This document shows, piece by piece, positions 17,788 through 28,552 of a stretch of 64,000 nt of DNA. Location: positions 1-64,000 of the forward strand of contig JAFWDK010000019.1 in the NCBI GenBank assembly GCA_017513085.1. The letters are read 5' to 3'. Below the pieces are notes generated by a model. That model was not told where the DNA came from. It made no database searches and was given only the letters and a program-made list of their open reading frames with translations. Within the stretch, counting starts at the first letter, position 1. Every line of letters starts with the position of its first letter. Position numbers and translations under genes: made by a program. The stretch comes from Clostridiales bacterium (GTDB lineage Bacteria > Bacillota > Clostridia > Saccharofermentanales > Saccharofermentanaceae).

Positions 17788-19298
17788 TTTCCCTCCTTAA
17801 ACCGATAATCCTTTAAAGTATAGATAAATTTCGCGCCACCGAGTTCGGTTCCGTTTTCCGCCCAGATCTTCTCGCCATGGGCCATAATGATCTCACGGCA
17901 GATATAAAGGCCCAGACCAAAACCGCTCTCCGTACGGGAAGGATCGACTTTATAGAAGCTTTCGAAAACACGTTCCAGTTTATCTTCGGGAATTCCGCTA
18001 CCGGAATCTTCCAGAGAAACATAGACTTTTCCGTCTTCTTCCGAAACCTTGGTGCTGATCATGATCTCTCCGTCTACCGGAGTAAACTTCACGGCATTGG
18101 TCAGAAGATTATAGAATACACGGTACAGAGCCTGTGATTCACCATATACCACCATCTCTTCGTCCGTGTTATGGCCAAGGTCGACTGTGACGCTGATATT
18201 CTTATCCGCCAGAAGATTCTCGATATTTCTCACCGCATCACGGATCATATCGTTAATGTCGAATTCTTCCATATTCTCCGGATCGACCTGACTTAACGAA
18301 GACGCCTCCGTCATCGAAGTGATCAGGCGCTGGATACGGTTCACTTCCGTCTGGATAATGTCCATATACTTCGGATAACTCTCCGGCGGGATCGTTCCGT
18401 CAGAGATGGCCGTCAGGAAGCCCTTGATAGAGGTCAAAGGTGTACGAAGATCATGCGCGATACTGGAAATAAACAGTTTTCTGTCCGCCTCCTGGCGTTC
18501 CAGCCTTTCGATCATGCCGTTGACCGTCGAAACCATGTTGGTGATCTCGTCCGTCAGCATGTATTTGAGCGTCGATTGTTTGCGCAGTTCCGGAATATCC
18601 ACTCGTGCAGAAAGATCGCCCTTGGTAACCTGATTCGCCGTATCGGACAAAGCACGCAAAGGTCTGATCAACGAACGGGCCATCAACGAGAAGAACAGAA
18701 GCGCCATGGAAAAGGAAACCAGGATCGGAAGCGCAAGACCATTGGACAAACGCCAGAATACTTCTTCTTCTACATTAATGGTGGACAAAAGAAGAATATA
18801 GAGATTCGGTACACTGGTCTTCTGGATGACCATAACGGAAACACTCTGGGAATTGGTGAATATACCGTTGTTCGACTCCATGCTGATGCTACGGCCCATA
18901 TTCCGCATCAAGGTATCCATAATACCCGTGCTCAGATAAACGAAGTCATTCACTTTATGAAGATCGCCACGCACAAAATCGGGAACGGAAGTCGAATAGA
19001 CGATCTTTCCATCCCCGCCACAGCACCATACCGAACAGTCTTCCGTACGTGCAACCGTATTGATAAAAGCCTGGACCGCAGAATCTGTCACGCTCGGATC
19101 TTCCGCCATCGTACCGTATGTCAGAGCAATCGACTCTGCCTGTACCGCAAGCTTCTGTTTTCTTTCTTCGATCAGAGAACTAGTTGAATTTCTGTAAAAT
19201 ACAAGAACCAGGACAAAAAACACCAGAATTGTGCCTACTGCCAGAGAAAGCGTAGTACGAAAAAGCACGGACTGTGATTTTTTGTTTGACTCCTTCAT
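17784..19298 (-). CDS. HAMP-domain sensor histidine kinase
   Basis: Two TM helices, HAMP domain, H-box SIAHDLRTPLT, N-box NAVKF and G-boxes DSGSGI/GLGL. Confidence 0.95.
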   Translation of the reverse strand: MKESNKKSQSVLFRTTLSLAVGTILVFFVLVLVFYRNSTSSLIEERKQKLAVQAESIALTYGTMAEDPSVTDSAVQAFINTVARTEDCSVWCCGGDGKIVYSTSVPDFVRGDLHKVNDFVYLSTGIMDTLMRNMGRSISMESNNGIFTNSQSVSVMVIQKTSVPNLYILLLSTINVEEEVFWRLSNGLALPILVSFSMALLFFSLMARSLIRPLRALSDTANQVTKGDLSARVDIPELRKQSTLKYMLTDEITNMVSTVNGMIERLERQEADRKLFISSIAHDLRTPLTSIKGFLTAISDGTIPPESYPKYMDIIQTEVNRIQRLITSMTEASSLSQVDPENMEEFDINDMIRDAVRNIENLLADKNISVTVDLGHNTDEEMVVYGESQALYRVFYNLLTNAVKFTPVDGEIMISTKVSEEDGKVYVSLEDSGSGIPEDKLERVFESFYKVDPSRTESGFGLGLYICREIIMAHGEKIWAENGTELGGAKFIYTLKDYRFKEGK

Positions 19299-19320
19299 GC
19301 GTCATCACCTGCAAGTGTGA

Positions 19321-20043
19321 TCACGCATTGGAAGTGGTCTCAAATTTATAGCCAACGCCCCAAACTGTCCGGATCTCCCAGTTCACTTTTACATTAGGTC
19401 TCTCGAGTTTTTCACGGATACGCTTGATGTGTACGTCTACAGTACGGGACTCTCCGTAGAAATCATATCCCCAGACATTCTCGAGAAGCTGTTCACGGGT
19501 AAATACACGGTTCGGATGAGAAGCCAGGAAGAACAGGAGTTCCAATTCCTTCGGCGGGATATCGATCTCCTTGCCATCCACGGTCACCACATATCTGGCC
19601 ATATCTACCGTAAATCCTTCATAGGAGATCACTTCATTCTTCTCATTGTTATCCGAAGCGGAAGAAGGAGCAGACTCTTTCTTCTCCGTACGACGGAGCA
19701 CAGCCTTTACACGGGCCAGGAGTTCCTTAGGTTCGAAGGGTTTCTGCACATAATCGTCTGCGCCCAGTTCCAGGCCGACAACTTTATCCAGGGTATCTGT
19801 ACGAGCTGTAAGCATGATGATCGGCACATCTGATGTTTTACGGATCTCACGGCAGATATCATAGCCGTCCTTTCCGGGAAGCATCAAGTCCAAAACAACC
19901 AGATCAGGCTGGGAAGTCTGGAATGTCTCCACTGCCTTATCACCCGTCAGGCAGGAGATCACGGCAAAGCCGTCTTTGTCAAAGTAGATGCGCAAGACTT
20001 CTACAATATTCGGATCATCATCGACAACAAGTACTTTCTTCAT
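19321..20043 (-). CDS. OmpR/PhoB-family response regulator
   Basis: VVDDD, LDLMLPG, GADDY..KPF and VWGVGYKF. Confidence 0.95.
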   Translation of the reverse strand: MKKVLVVDDDPNIVEVLRIYFDKDGFAVISCLTGDKAVETFQTSQPDLVVLDLMLPGKDGYDICREIRKTSDVPIIMLTARTDTLDKVVGLELGADDYVQKPFEPKELLARVKAVLRRTEKKESAPSSASDNNEKNEVISYEGFTVDMARYVVTVDGKEIDIPPKELELLFFLASHPNRVFTREQLLENVWGYDFYGESRTVDVHIKRIREKLERPNVKVNWEIRTVWGVGYKFETTSNA

Positions 20044-20045
20044 AT

Positions 20046-20516
20046 TCAGGTCCCCTTCTTCTCAGTGTTCTTTGCCATTTCGGCAATCATCGTATTAAAA
20101 GACTCAACATCCTTAAATTCCTTATAAACCGAAGCGAATCGTACATACGCTACATCATCGATCGCCTTCAGCTGTTCCATGACCAGCTCACCGATCTCCG
20201 TAGTGGAAATCTCACGTTTGGTATTGTTTGCAATCTGGGATTCCACATAATTGACCACAGACATCAACTGATCATGTGATACCGGTCTTTTCTCGCAGGC
20301 ACGGAGCAGACCGCCCAGGAGTTTCTCCTGACTATATACTTGTCGCGTACTGTCCTTCTTCACGACCAGAAGCGGATTCATCTCCACCTTCTCATAAGTC
20401 GTAAAGCGCGTCGCGCAAGATAAACATTCACGCCTGCGGCGGATGGAAGATCCATCCTCCGCAGGCCGCGAATCAATTACTTTATCTTCAAGATGTCCGC
20501 AATATGGGCACTTCAT
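20046..20516 (-). CDS. nrdR: Transcriptional repressor NrdR
   Basis: MKCPYCG..DKVIDSR...[16 protein letters not shown] and ATP-cone AYVRFASVY. Confidence 0.97.
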   Translation of the reverse strand: MKCPYCGHLEDKVIDSRPAEDGSSIRRRRECLSCATRFTTYEKVEMNPLLVVKKDSTRQVYSQEKLLGGLLRACEKRPVSHDQLMSVVNYVESQIANNTKREISTTEIGELVMEQLKAIDDVAYVRFASVYKEFKDVESFNTMIAEMAKNTEKKGT

Positions 20517-20519
20517 AAA

Positions 20520-22031
20520 TTACTCATCCAAATTATCATTATCGCTCAAGAACCAAGGAAGGATCTTCTTCTTCTCCGGTTTTGCAGCAGGAGCATCGGC
20601 TGTCTTCGGAGCAACCGGAGCGCCGGCCTGAGGACGAACCTGAGGAACAACATTCGGTTGCGGTCTTCCGCCCTGCTGGTGCGGAGCGGATGGTGCCGGT
20701 GCAGCAGGAGCTGCCGGAGCCGGAGCGCTATATGTCGGAGCTTGCTGAGGGCGAGCAACCGGAGCGACCGGAGCCATCGGTGCCGGTGCCGGTGCTGGCT
20801 GTGCCTTCGGAGCATATACTCTTGTCGGAGCTTCTTCCGTCTTAGCCGGTTCCGGATCACCAAACAGGAACTGAGGAATGTCCTGCTTAGGAGCAGCTGC
20901 CGGAGCAGGTGTGGAAACTACCGGTGCCGGCTTCTCAAATGCGGAAGTGGTTACCGGAGAGATCGGACGCGATGTGGAAGCAGTCGGTGTGCTCTGACCG
21001 ATGATGGTCGGATTCTGCTTGGAAATGATGGATGTTGCCGGGCGGAAAGCCGCGGAAGCATTCTCTGTATTCTCGAAACCGGAAGCGATAACCGTGATCA
21101 TGATCTCATCTTCGAGTGTCGGGTCTGTCACCGCACCAACGATGATGTCCGCATCACCGGCTACTGCATCTCTAACTACGGAAGCCGCTACATCGATCTC
21201 ATGCAGCTTCATGTTTCTGGAACCTGTGAAGTTGATGATTACGCCACGTGCGCCCTCGATCGTTGTATCGAGGAGCGGGCTGTTGATCGCCTGCTTAACA
21301 GCGGCAGACGCTCTGCCCTCACCGGAAGCACGACCGATACCCATATGGCAAATACCGGCGTTGGTCATAATACGACGGACATCGGCAAGGTCGAGGTTGA
21401 TCAAACCAGGGATAGCAACGAGGTCGGAAATACCGGCCACACCAAACTTAAGAACCTGGTCAGCCATATTGAAAGCATCATCAATGGATGTATCTTCATC
21501 AGTAATATCAAGGAGCTTATCGTTAGCTACTACGATGAGGGAGTCAACATACTTTTCGATTTCACGGATACCGCGCTCAGCGTTCATCGCACGACGCGGG
21601 CCTTCGAAACGGAACGGTCTGGTAACAACGGCTACTGTCAGAATGCCCAGTTCACGAGCGATCTGTGCAACTACCGGAGCTGCGCCTGTTCCTGTACCAC
21701 CGCCCATACCGGCTGTGATAAACAACATATCGGTTCCGCGGATAGCCTGAGCGATCTCATCCTTGCTCTCTTCCGCAGCCTTCTCACCAACCGTCGGATC
21801 TGCGCCACAACCCAGACCTCTTGTGATCTTCTCACCGATCTGGATCGAAATCTGCGCCTTCGATCTTGCCAGAGCCTGATGATCTGTATTAATAGAGATA
21901 AAATCGATTCCCTGAACCGAACTCTCGATCATTCGATCTACAGCGTTACATCCGCCACCGCCGACACCAATAACCTTGATGGCTGCAAATGGTTCGTCTT
22001 CCATTGAATATCCAAGCTTAAAATCTGACAT
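20520..22031 (-). CDS. ftsZ: Cell division protein FtsZ
   Basis: [19 protein letters not shown] and INLDLADV; long Pro/Ala-rich linker. Confidence 0.98.
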   Translation of the reverse strand: MSDFKLGYSMEDEPFAAIKVIGVGGGGCNAVDRMIESSVQGIDFISINTDHQALARSKAQISIQIGEKITRGLGCGADPTVGEKAAEESKDEIAQAIRGTDMLFITAGMGGGTGTGAAPVVAQIARELGILTVAVVTRPFRFEGPRRAMNAERGIREIEKYVDSLIVVANDKLLDITDEDTSIDDAFNMADQVLKFGVAGISDLVAIPGLINLDLADVRRIMTNAGICHMGIGRASGEGRASAAVKQAINSPLLDTTIEGARGVIINFTGSRNMKLHEIDVAASVVRDAVAGDADIIVGAVTDPTLEDEIMITVIASGFENTENASAAFRPATSIISKQNPTIIGQSTPTASTSRPISPVTTSAFEKPAPVVSTPAPAAAPKQDIPQFLFGDPEPAKTEEAPTRVYAPKAQPAPAPAPMAPVAPVARPQQAPTYSAPAPAAPAAPAPSAPHQQGGRPQPNVVPQVRPQAGAPVAPKTADAPAAKPEKKKILPWFLSDNDNLDE

Positions 22032-22109
22032 AACCGAATCTTCCTCCGTTAGCTTTATACTAAATCATATTTCACATAAAAAATTAAGCCTACTTAGCTA
22101 TCTTTATCA

Positions 22110-22138
22110 ATTCTACACTAAATATTGTAGTCAAGCAA
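22110..22138 (-). promoter_or_regulatory. Putative sigma-A promoter for ftsZ
   Basis: On the minus strand, TTGCTT-17 bp-TAGAAT in the ftsQ-ftsZ gap. Confidence 0.5.
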
Positions 22139-22237
22139 TAGACTAAACTAACAGCGGAAAATCTTGTTACAGTTTGATTACTCGCGTTTTTCGGGGACGT
22201 TTTTCTTGTATTTCGTGCCCCCTAAATCTTGTGTTCC

Positions 22238-23170
22238 CTAACGAAGAATAAAGTGATTTCCGGTCATGTCGAGCAGATCGCCCGTTTTTTCCTGAAAATA
22301 GCCCGAAACGATGGCATAACGGAGCCAGTTCATGTTATCGGAAATAGTCTTCATCGAACCCACCTTGACTGTAATAGTTGTCGGATAGTTCGGAACAAGG
22401 ATATCGATAAATGCTGTCATGTTTTCGCAATAACGGATGCAGACCACATGGGAAAGGAAATCAAACGTGTCATCCTCCGCTCTTTGCAGGCTGTCCGCGC
22501 TTAGGATCGCGCCGAGGATCGTGATAGAGATCTCATACCCTTCCTGTGATGTCATATCCAGTTTTTTCCCTATCTGCGCGGAACGGATCGGCAATCCGCG
22601 GATTTCCGGGATCCCTTCCGGAACATCGCCCTGACAGATCTCCAACACGGCACCGTCATCCGCAAGAATGGCATACCCGTCGGGGATCGCGGCGTAAGCT
22701 ATTTTTTTTCGTTCTGTAATCGTTATGTAAACATTTCCGGGGAAACTCGGGACGATCTTTACATCACGGACGTACGGATTCTTCTCCATGAGCTCTTCTT
22801 CAAGAGCACCGTAGTGCATGGTCAGGATCGATTTCCAGGAACCGCCCACATGAGAGATCAGGTGGTCATCTTGATGAATATCGATGATCTTGAGGATCTC
22901 CTCCCGTGAGATCTTGCTGTTTCCCGTGATCTCGATATTTCTGATATGAAAACCTGGATGAAAACAAAAAAGAAGCGTGATCGTCAGCACCATTACCATG
23001 AATACGATCCATAGCGCCATCTTTAAAGAAAGACGGAAGTTACTCTTCTTTTTCGTAGCCGGAACAGAAGCCTCATCCGATACATCATTCGAGAGCTCTT
23101 TCACATCTTCCTTTTTCGGCTCCTCATCGCCGAAAACGATATCGGGTTTTCTCACATTATCGTCCGGCAA
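22238..23170 (-). CDS. ftsQ: Cell division protein FtsQ/DivIB
   Basis: Single TM helix, POTRA domain (IRNIEITGN...FPGNVYITITER), located between murG and ftsZ. Confidence 0.88.
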   Translation of the reverse strand: MPDDNVRKPDIVFGDEEPKKEDVKELSNDVSDEASVPATKKKSNFRLSLKMALWIVFMVMVLTITLLFCFHPGFHIRNIEITGNSKISREEILKIIDIHQDDHLISHVGGSWKSILTMHYGALEEELMEKNPYVRDVKIVPSFPGNVYITITERKKIAYAAIPDGYAILADDGAVLEICQGDVPEGIPEIRGLPIRSAQIGKKLDMTSQEGYEISITILGAILSADSLQRAEDDTFDFLSHVVCIRYCENMTAFIDILVPNYPTTITVKVGSMKTISDNMNWLRYAIVSGYFQEKTGDLLDMTGNHFILR

Positions 23171-24245
23171 GTGCTTCTACCTCATCACAGATTCTTTTCG
23201 ACGCGTCATAGATAGCCAGCGACAGAGTCGCCTGACGCATTTTGGCAAGTCTTTCCTTATCCGGGATCAGTTCGCGGACGATACCGGGAAGTTTCTGCAT
23301 CGCTTCATTGTCCGGGAGTAAAATGCCGGCGCCCACATCCGAGAATGCTTTGGCATTAAATGTCTGGTGATCCTGTGCCGCGTACGGATACGGGATCAGG
23401 ATCGCCGGCACGCCGACTGCCTGGATCTCGGCACAACTGATGGCGCCTGCGCGTCCGATAAAAAGATCGGCCGCTGCCATATAGACTTCCGGATCCTGAA
23501 TATATTCAAAAACCGAGATCGATTGCGGCCAGTCTTTCGCCTGTTCCGCGACCTCTTTATAGCGCTGCTTACCGACGCTCAGGATGATCTTCACATTCGG
23601 ATCCTTGCATTCTCTTGCAAAAGCAACGATCGACTCATTGACCGTTTTTGCGCCCAGGCTTCCGCCCATCGCCAGGATCAGGAAGGTCTCGTCAGAAAGT
23701 CCGAGTTTTTCACGGCAAGCAGTTCTCTCCACATTGCCAAAAGCTCTTCTTATGGGGTTTCCAGTGAATACGACTTTAGCCTTCTTATTGAAGTAATGCT
23801 CCATTCCGTGGAAACTGGTGCATACCGTCCCTGCATAGCGGGACATAAGGCGGTTGGATCTTCCCGGGAAAGCATTCTGTTCGTGCAGAAGGATCGGCAC
23901 TTTCTCCTTATGCGCCGCCGCGATCAGCGGACTGCAGACGAATCCGCCGGTTCCGACGACAACGTCAGGCTTTTGCTCGCGGATCAACTGCCGGCACATC
24001 TTTCTTCCCGCCAGGAATTCCTTCAAAGCCCGGAAAGTCTTCGGAGAGAGCTTCATCGGGAGCTGGGAAGCACGGATCACATGGAACGGATATCCCATCG
24101 AAGGAATGATCTGGGACTCCAGTCCTTTTTGCGTACCACAAAAAAGCACTTCCGTTTTTTCATCTTGCTTTTTTAATTCATCGGCTATGGCCACCGCGGG
24201 ATGGATATGTCCACTGGTGCCGCCACCGGCGAGGATCACTTTCAT
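23157..24245 (-). CDS. murG: Lipid II GlcNAc transferase MurG
   Basis: AGGGTSGHIHP, HEQNAFPG, GNPIR, GGSLGA and HQTFNA. Confidence 0.97.
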   Translation of the reverse strand: MKVILAGGGTSGHIHPAVAIADELKKQDEKTEVLFCGTQKGLESQIIPSMGYPFHVIRASQLPMKLSPKTFRALKEFLAGRKMCRQLIREQKPDVVVGTGGFVCSPLIAAAHKEKVPILLHEQNAFPGRSNRLMSRYAGTVCTSFHGMEHYFNKKAKVVFTGNPIRRAFGNVERTACREKLGLSDETFLILAMGGSLGAKTVNESIVAFARECKDPNVKIILSVGKQRYKEVAEQAKDWPQSISVFEYIQDPEVYMAAADLFIGRAGAISCAEIQAVGVPAILIPYPYAAQDHQTFNAKAFSDVGAGILLPDNEAMQKLPGIVRELIPDKERLAKMRQATLSLAIYDASKRICDEVEALAGR

Positions 24246-24246
24246 C

Positions 24247-25560
24247 TTATACCACCAACTTCATTGTTTTTCTCTTTGTACCCGTTCTGGAAACAGACAG
24301 GATGATTCCTACGGCGATCATGAAAAAGAAATTCGCCGTACCACCAAAGCTGAAGAACGGGAGCGTAATACCTGTCGGAGGGATCGCTCCGATATCCACG
24401 CCTACATTCAGGAAGGCCTGAAGCGTGATCAGGCTGGTGTACCCGGCGGTCAGAACTCTCGTAAAGAGACTGTTTGCCTTCCACGACACGTAGAATCCTC
24501 CGATCATAAACAGCCAGAAAAGCACCAGTACGCTGACGCCTCCGACAAATCCCAATTCTTCACATATGATGGAATACACATAGTCGTTATGTGCTTCAGG
24601 AAGATACATATATTTCTGTCGGCTGTTTCCGAAACCGACACCGGTCATTCCGCCGGATCCGACGGCGATGATGGATTGGTTGCTCTGGTATTTTTCGTCC
24701 TCGTCCGCTTTCTCCTCGCCTTCCTCTTCTTCACTGTTCATGGAAGCAAAAATGTTCAGACGGGTGACAACGTGCGCGAAGTTATTCTGGATCTTTTCAC
24801 GCTTGGCGGTAGACAGTGTCATGTAGAATCCGCCAAGGCCGATGATGCCGATCGCAAGAAGGATCGCGCCACCCCGGATCCAGGAGCGTAGCGGGATCCC
24901 GCAGCAAAGGAAGCTGATAAAGGAGATCGCGCCGAGGATCAGGAAGCAGGACATGTGCGGTTGAGCCAGAACGATGCCCAGAACGACCAGAACGCAGATG
25001 CCCGGAAAAGTAATGTCCACGATTGCATCCACCGTCTTTTGCGAGAAACTCTTCTTAGCCGTAAACCAGCCCTTTTTCCGCAAACGCTGGATACCGGACC
25101 GATACCCGGCGATAAAAAACACGACTGCGATCTTGATCAGCTCTGAAGTCTGAAACGACGTTCCGCCGATAAAGATCCATCTTCTTGCGCCGTTTACGAC
25201 TTCACCCTTCCACATCGTCCATACCGCCACGCCAAGCGCAACTAAGAAAACCAGGATGGTGATCGGCCAGAAATCGAATTTTTTGATTGGAAGGAAAGCG
25301 ATAATGATCGCCATGACAAAACCGGCGAGCAGGAACTCGCCCTGACGGATAACATAGTACATGGAGTTACCCTGAGAGGTATACGCCTTCGGCATACTTG
25401 CCGAAAAAAGCATCAGAATACCGAATGCCATCATGATCATGACCAGGATAATGATGCCAAGATTCAAACGGAAAGGTGCATAAACGTCCAACGATTTGAT
25501 TTTACCATCGTCATTGAAATCCACATTCTCGGATATCAGATGTTTCATCTTTCTGGACAT
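24247..25560 (-). CDS. ftsW: SEDS peptidoglycan polymerase FtsW
   Basis: NGARRWI, FQTSELIK, LPEAHNDY..SIICEELG and GITLPFFSFGG; GGAGG RBS before 25560. Confidence 0.9.
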   Translation of the reverse strand: MSRKMKHLISENVDFNDDGKIKSLDVYAPFRLNLGIIILVMIMMAFGILMLFSASMPKAYTSQGNSMYYVIRQGEFLLAGFVMAIIIAFLPIKKFDFWPITILVFLVALGVAVWTMWKGEVVNGARRWIFIGGTSFQTSELIKIAVVFFIAGYRSGIQRLRKKGWFTAKKSFSQKTVDAIVDITFPGICVLVVLGIVLAQPHMSCFLILGAISFISFLCCGIPLRSWIRGGAILLAIGIIGLGGFYMTLSTAKREKIQNNFAHVVTRLNIFASMNSEEEEGEEKADEDEKYQSNQSIIAVGSGGMTGVGFGNSRQKYMYLPEAHNDYVYSIICEELGFVGGVSVLVLFWLFMIGGFYVSWKANSLFTRVLTAGYTSLITLQAFLNVGVDIGAIPPTGITLPFFSFGGTANFFFMIAVGIILSVSRTGTKRKTMKLVV

Positions 25561-25561
25561 G

Positions 25562-27007
25562 TCAGCACTCCTCCTCCTTGAATATTGAAGCATACTCTTC
25601 CAAAATTGTATACATCTCAAAGGAGTGGGAGGCCTTCAGCAGGACAAAATCTCCCGGTTGCACAGTATTTCGCATCTTTTCGACGATTTCTTTCTTATCC
25701 CGGCACAGTACGACAGGAAGATCACGATCGATAGATTCTACACCTTTTCGGACATCTTCCTTATAATCTCCGATGACAAAAAGGCCGTTGAGGTGTTCCC
25801 GGGCCGCATGCGCGCCGATCTCAAAGTGTTTCTCTGACGAAACGTCGCCCAGTTCCAGCATGTCACCCACGCAAGCCCAGGCTTTTCCGGTTTCTGCCAG
25901 ACGGCGGATCGAACTCATCGCCGACATCATGGACTCCGGACCGGCATTATAGGAATCATCCATAAAAAAGACGCCATGTTCTTCGACAAGTCTTTCACGA
26001 TGTCCGATCTGTGCAAAAGAACAGATCCCTTCAGCGAGCTTTTCAGCAGGAAGCTTCAGATAGAGCCCGCAAAGAAGACCGGCCAGAGCATTTCCGACAT
26101 GGTGTTTGCCAATGACCGACAACGACAGCGGGATCTCTTCGATCTCACCAAATCCGGCCTTGGCCAGAAAGCAGATCTTTCCATTTTCAAAAGCAATGTT
26201 CTCTGCGGCAGCAGTGCCGGATGCATTCTCCGGGAAAGCGGACGATTCGATCGCCGTATATGCGATCTTTACATCTTTACGGATCTTCCCTTCTTTTCCT
26301 GCTTTTGCCAGCATCTCATCAGCAGCCGGAATGATCAGCAGACCTTCGTCCTTCAAGCCTTCCAGTATCTCCAGCTTCGCATTCAGGATCTCCTCACGCG
26401 AGCCAAGCCGTTCGATGTGCGCCACACCGATATTGGTGATCACGGCAATATCCGGATGTGCAATATGTGTCAGCTCGGAGATCTCTCCGCGAAGACGCAT
26501 GCCCATTTCCAAAACCAGGATCTCCGTATCTTCCGAAGCCGCCAGAATGGTCTGGGACAGGCCTATCTCATTATTATTGTTATTCTTCGTGGCGTAGACC
26601 TTTCTGCAGGAAGAGAGCGCACTTGCGATCATTTGTCTGGTGGAAGTCTTTCCCACACTTCCTGTAACAGCCACTACCAGGAAGTTCTGGCGCATGCGGT
26701 AATAGGCCGCGATCTTCTCCAACGCAGTTTTTGTATCCTCCACCAGGACAGCCGGCACACCTTCCGGCGCACATTCTTCCTTTTGCAGGACAAGAGCCGC
26801 ACATCCACTTTTTCTCGCTTCTTCCGCATAGTCATGACCGTCGAACCGTTCCCCGATCAGAGCCAGAAAAAGGCTACCTTCTTTTATCGTTCTAGTATCT
26901 GTCGATACATCGGAAATCGCGATCGTTTCCGCATCCACGCCTTTCGGAAGACGAATCAGTCTTCCACCGGTCGCCTCCACGATTTCCTTTAATGTGAATC
27001 TTGCCAT
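25562..27007 (-). CDS. murF: UDP-MurNAc-tripeptide--D-Ala-D-Ala ligase
   Basis: DTRTI, TGSVGKTST, NNEIG, DSYNAGPES and GDMLELG. Confidence 0.96.
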   Translation of the reverse strand: MARFTLKEIVEATGGRLIRLPKGVDAETIAISDVSTDTRTIKEGSLFLALIGERFDGHDYAEEARKSGCAALVLQKEECAPEGVPAVLVEDTKTALEKIAAYYRMRQNFLVVAVTGSVGKTSTRQMIASALSSCRKVYATKNNNNNEIGLSQTILAASEDTEILVLEMGMRLRGEISELTHIAHPDIAVITNIGVAHIERLGSREEILNAKLEILEGLKDEGLLIIPAADEMLAKAGKEGKIRKDVKIAYTAIESSAFPENASGTAAAENIAFENGKICFLAKAGFGEIEEIPLSLSVIGKHHVGNALAGLLCGLYLKLPAEKLAEGICSFAQIGHRERLVEEHGVFFMDDSYNAGPESMMSAMSSIRRLAETGKAWACVGDMLELGDVSSEKHFEIGAHAAREHLNGLFVIGDYKEDVRKGVESIDRDLPVVLCRDKKEIVEKMRNTVQPGDFVLLKASHSFEMYTILEEYASIFKEEEC

Positions 27008-28536
27008 TAACGTTCTGCCTTTCTTGCTTTCGCCAGTGCCCGGATCGCCTTATGGGCTTCATCTGCATCGACGAATTCAAATATCTGATGATTAATATCC
27101 ATAGTGCGCTCGTGACCCTTACCGGCAATGACCACAAAGTCATCCGGAGCAGCCATCTCCAGTGCTTTTGCAATGGCTTGATGACGGTCTTGGATCACTT
27201 CGTAGCGGGCATTTTCGACTTTCTCGATTCCTTCTTTGATCAGAACGAAAATGCTCTCGAAGCTTTCACTTCTGGAGTTATCTGTCGTTACGATAGAATA
27301 ATCGCTGTACCTGGCGGACATTTCGCCCATTCCGGAGCGCCGGTACTGAGACCGGTCACCACCGCAGCCGAACACGGTTATGATCTTGCCTTTGCAGAAC
27401 GGACGGAGCGAGGAAAGCAGCACGCGCAGGCTGTCTCCGTTATGCGCATAATCCACATATACATGAAGGCCCAGTTCGTTTCTGATCTTTTCCATACGTC
27501 CCGGAACATAGACCTTTCCGACACCCGTTTGGATCCCTTCCTCGGAGATACCGCAAAGATAGGACGTGGAAGCAGCGCAGAGCGCATTGTCCACATTGAA
27601 TTCGCAAAGGAGCGGCACATAAAGCTTTGTTCGATAGGTCGGCGTAACAAACGTGAACTGCATGCCCGGAACACCATCCACTTCGACCGACTCAATGTCT
27701 TTCGCCATAAAATCGGCATCCTGCGAGATCGAGTAGGTATAGACCTTTCCGCAGACTTTGGCATGTTCGAGCACTTCTTCCAACCTTCTGGTGTTCTTGT
27801 TGATCAGCGCCATTTCACAGTCCTCGAAGAGCTGCATCTTGCACCGGAAATACTCTTCCTCATCTTCATGCTCACCGGTCATGATGTGATCCAAAAAGAA
27901 GTTGGTAAACACACCAACCTTAAACTTTACGCCCTGCGTACGGTGATATTTCAGTCCCAACGAAGAAACCTCCATCACGCAGCTATGGACATCCTTATTC
28001 TTCATCTGCGCCAAAAGCTCTTGAAACTCCCATGCTTCCGGCGTGGTGTGTTCGGACCAGCAAGCTTCATCCGGTCCGATCTTGTTTTCTACGGAACCGA
28101 TCAGGCCGCAATGACGTCCTTCCGCTTCAAATATAGTATGGATCAGATAGGTGGACGTGGTCTTACCCTTTGTGCCCGTGATACCGATCATCTCCAGGTC
28201 CTTGGCCGGATGGCCGAAATAGGTTCCGGAAAGATCGGCATACGCCGCGCGGGAATCCGGTACACTGACCACACAAACGCCCTTTTCTTCGGAAAGTTTC
28301 TTCAAAAGCTCTTCTGACGCTACTTTTTGTCCGTCTTCCGTGATGATCAGTCTGGCTCCCTGATCTACCGCGTTTTCAATATATTTATGTCCGTCTGCCT
28401 TTGATCCGGAGATGCAAAGGAATGCCGAGCCCGGCTTAACACTTCTGGAATTCAGATAGATCCGGTCCACCTCCACAGACAGGTCCCCAAATAATGGTGT
28501 ATAGGTCGATTCGGATAACAGATCGATCGCTTTCAC
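27007..28536 (-). CDS. murE: UDP-MurNAc-dipeptide amino acid ligase MurE
   Basis: GITGTKGKTT, TTPE, MEVSS, VDYAHN, FGCGGDR, DNSR and AGKGHE. Confidence 0.96.
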   Translation of the reverse strand: MKAIDLLSESTYTPLFGDLSVEVDRIYLNSRSVKPGSAFLCISGSKADGHKYIENAVDQGARLIITEDGQKVASEELLKKLSEEKGVCVVSVPDSRAAYADLSGTYFGHPAKDLEMIGITGTKGKTTSTYLIHTIFEAEGRHCGLIGSVENKIGPDEACWSEHTTPEAWEFQELLAQMKNKDVHSCVMEVSSLGLKYHRTQGVKFKVGVFTNFFLDHIMTGEHEDEEEYFRCKMQLFEDCEMALINKNTRRLEEVLEHAKVCGKVYTYSISQDADFMAKDIESVEVDGVPGMQFTFVTPTYRTKLYVPLLCEFNVDNALCAASTSYLCGISEEGIQTGVGKVYVPGRMEKIRNELGLHVYVDYAHNGDSLRVLLSSLRPFCKGKIITVFGCGGDRSQYRRSGMGEMSARYSDYSIVTTDNSRSESFESIFVLIKEGIEKVENARYEVIQDRHQAIAKALEMAAPDDFVVIAGKGHERTMDINHQIFEFVDADEAHKAIRALAKARKAER

Positions 28537-28552
28537 AATACACTCCCCCTTC

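Noticed and set aside
27270-27290. MurE DNSR instead of DNPR as a sign of altered peptidoglycan chemistry
   Set aside because: The Arg that binds meso-DAP is retained, so no change in specificity can be inferred.
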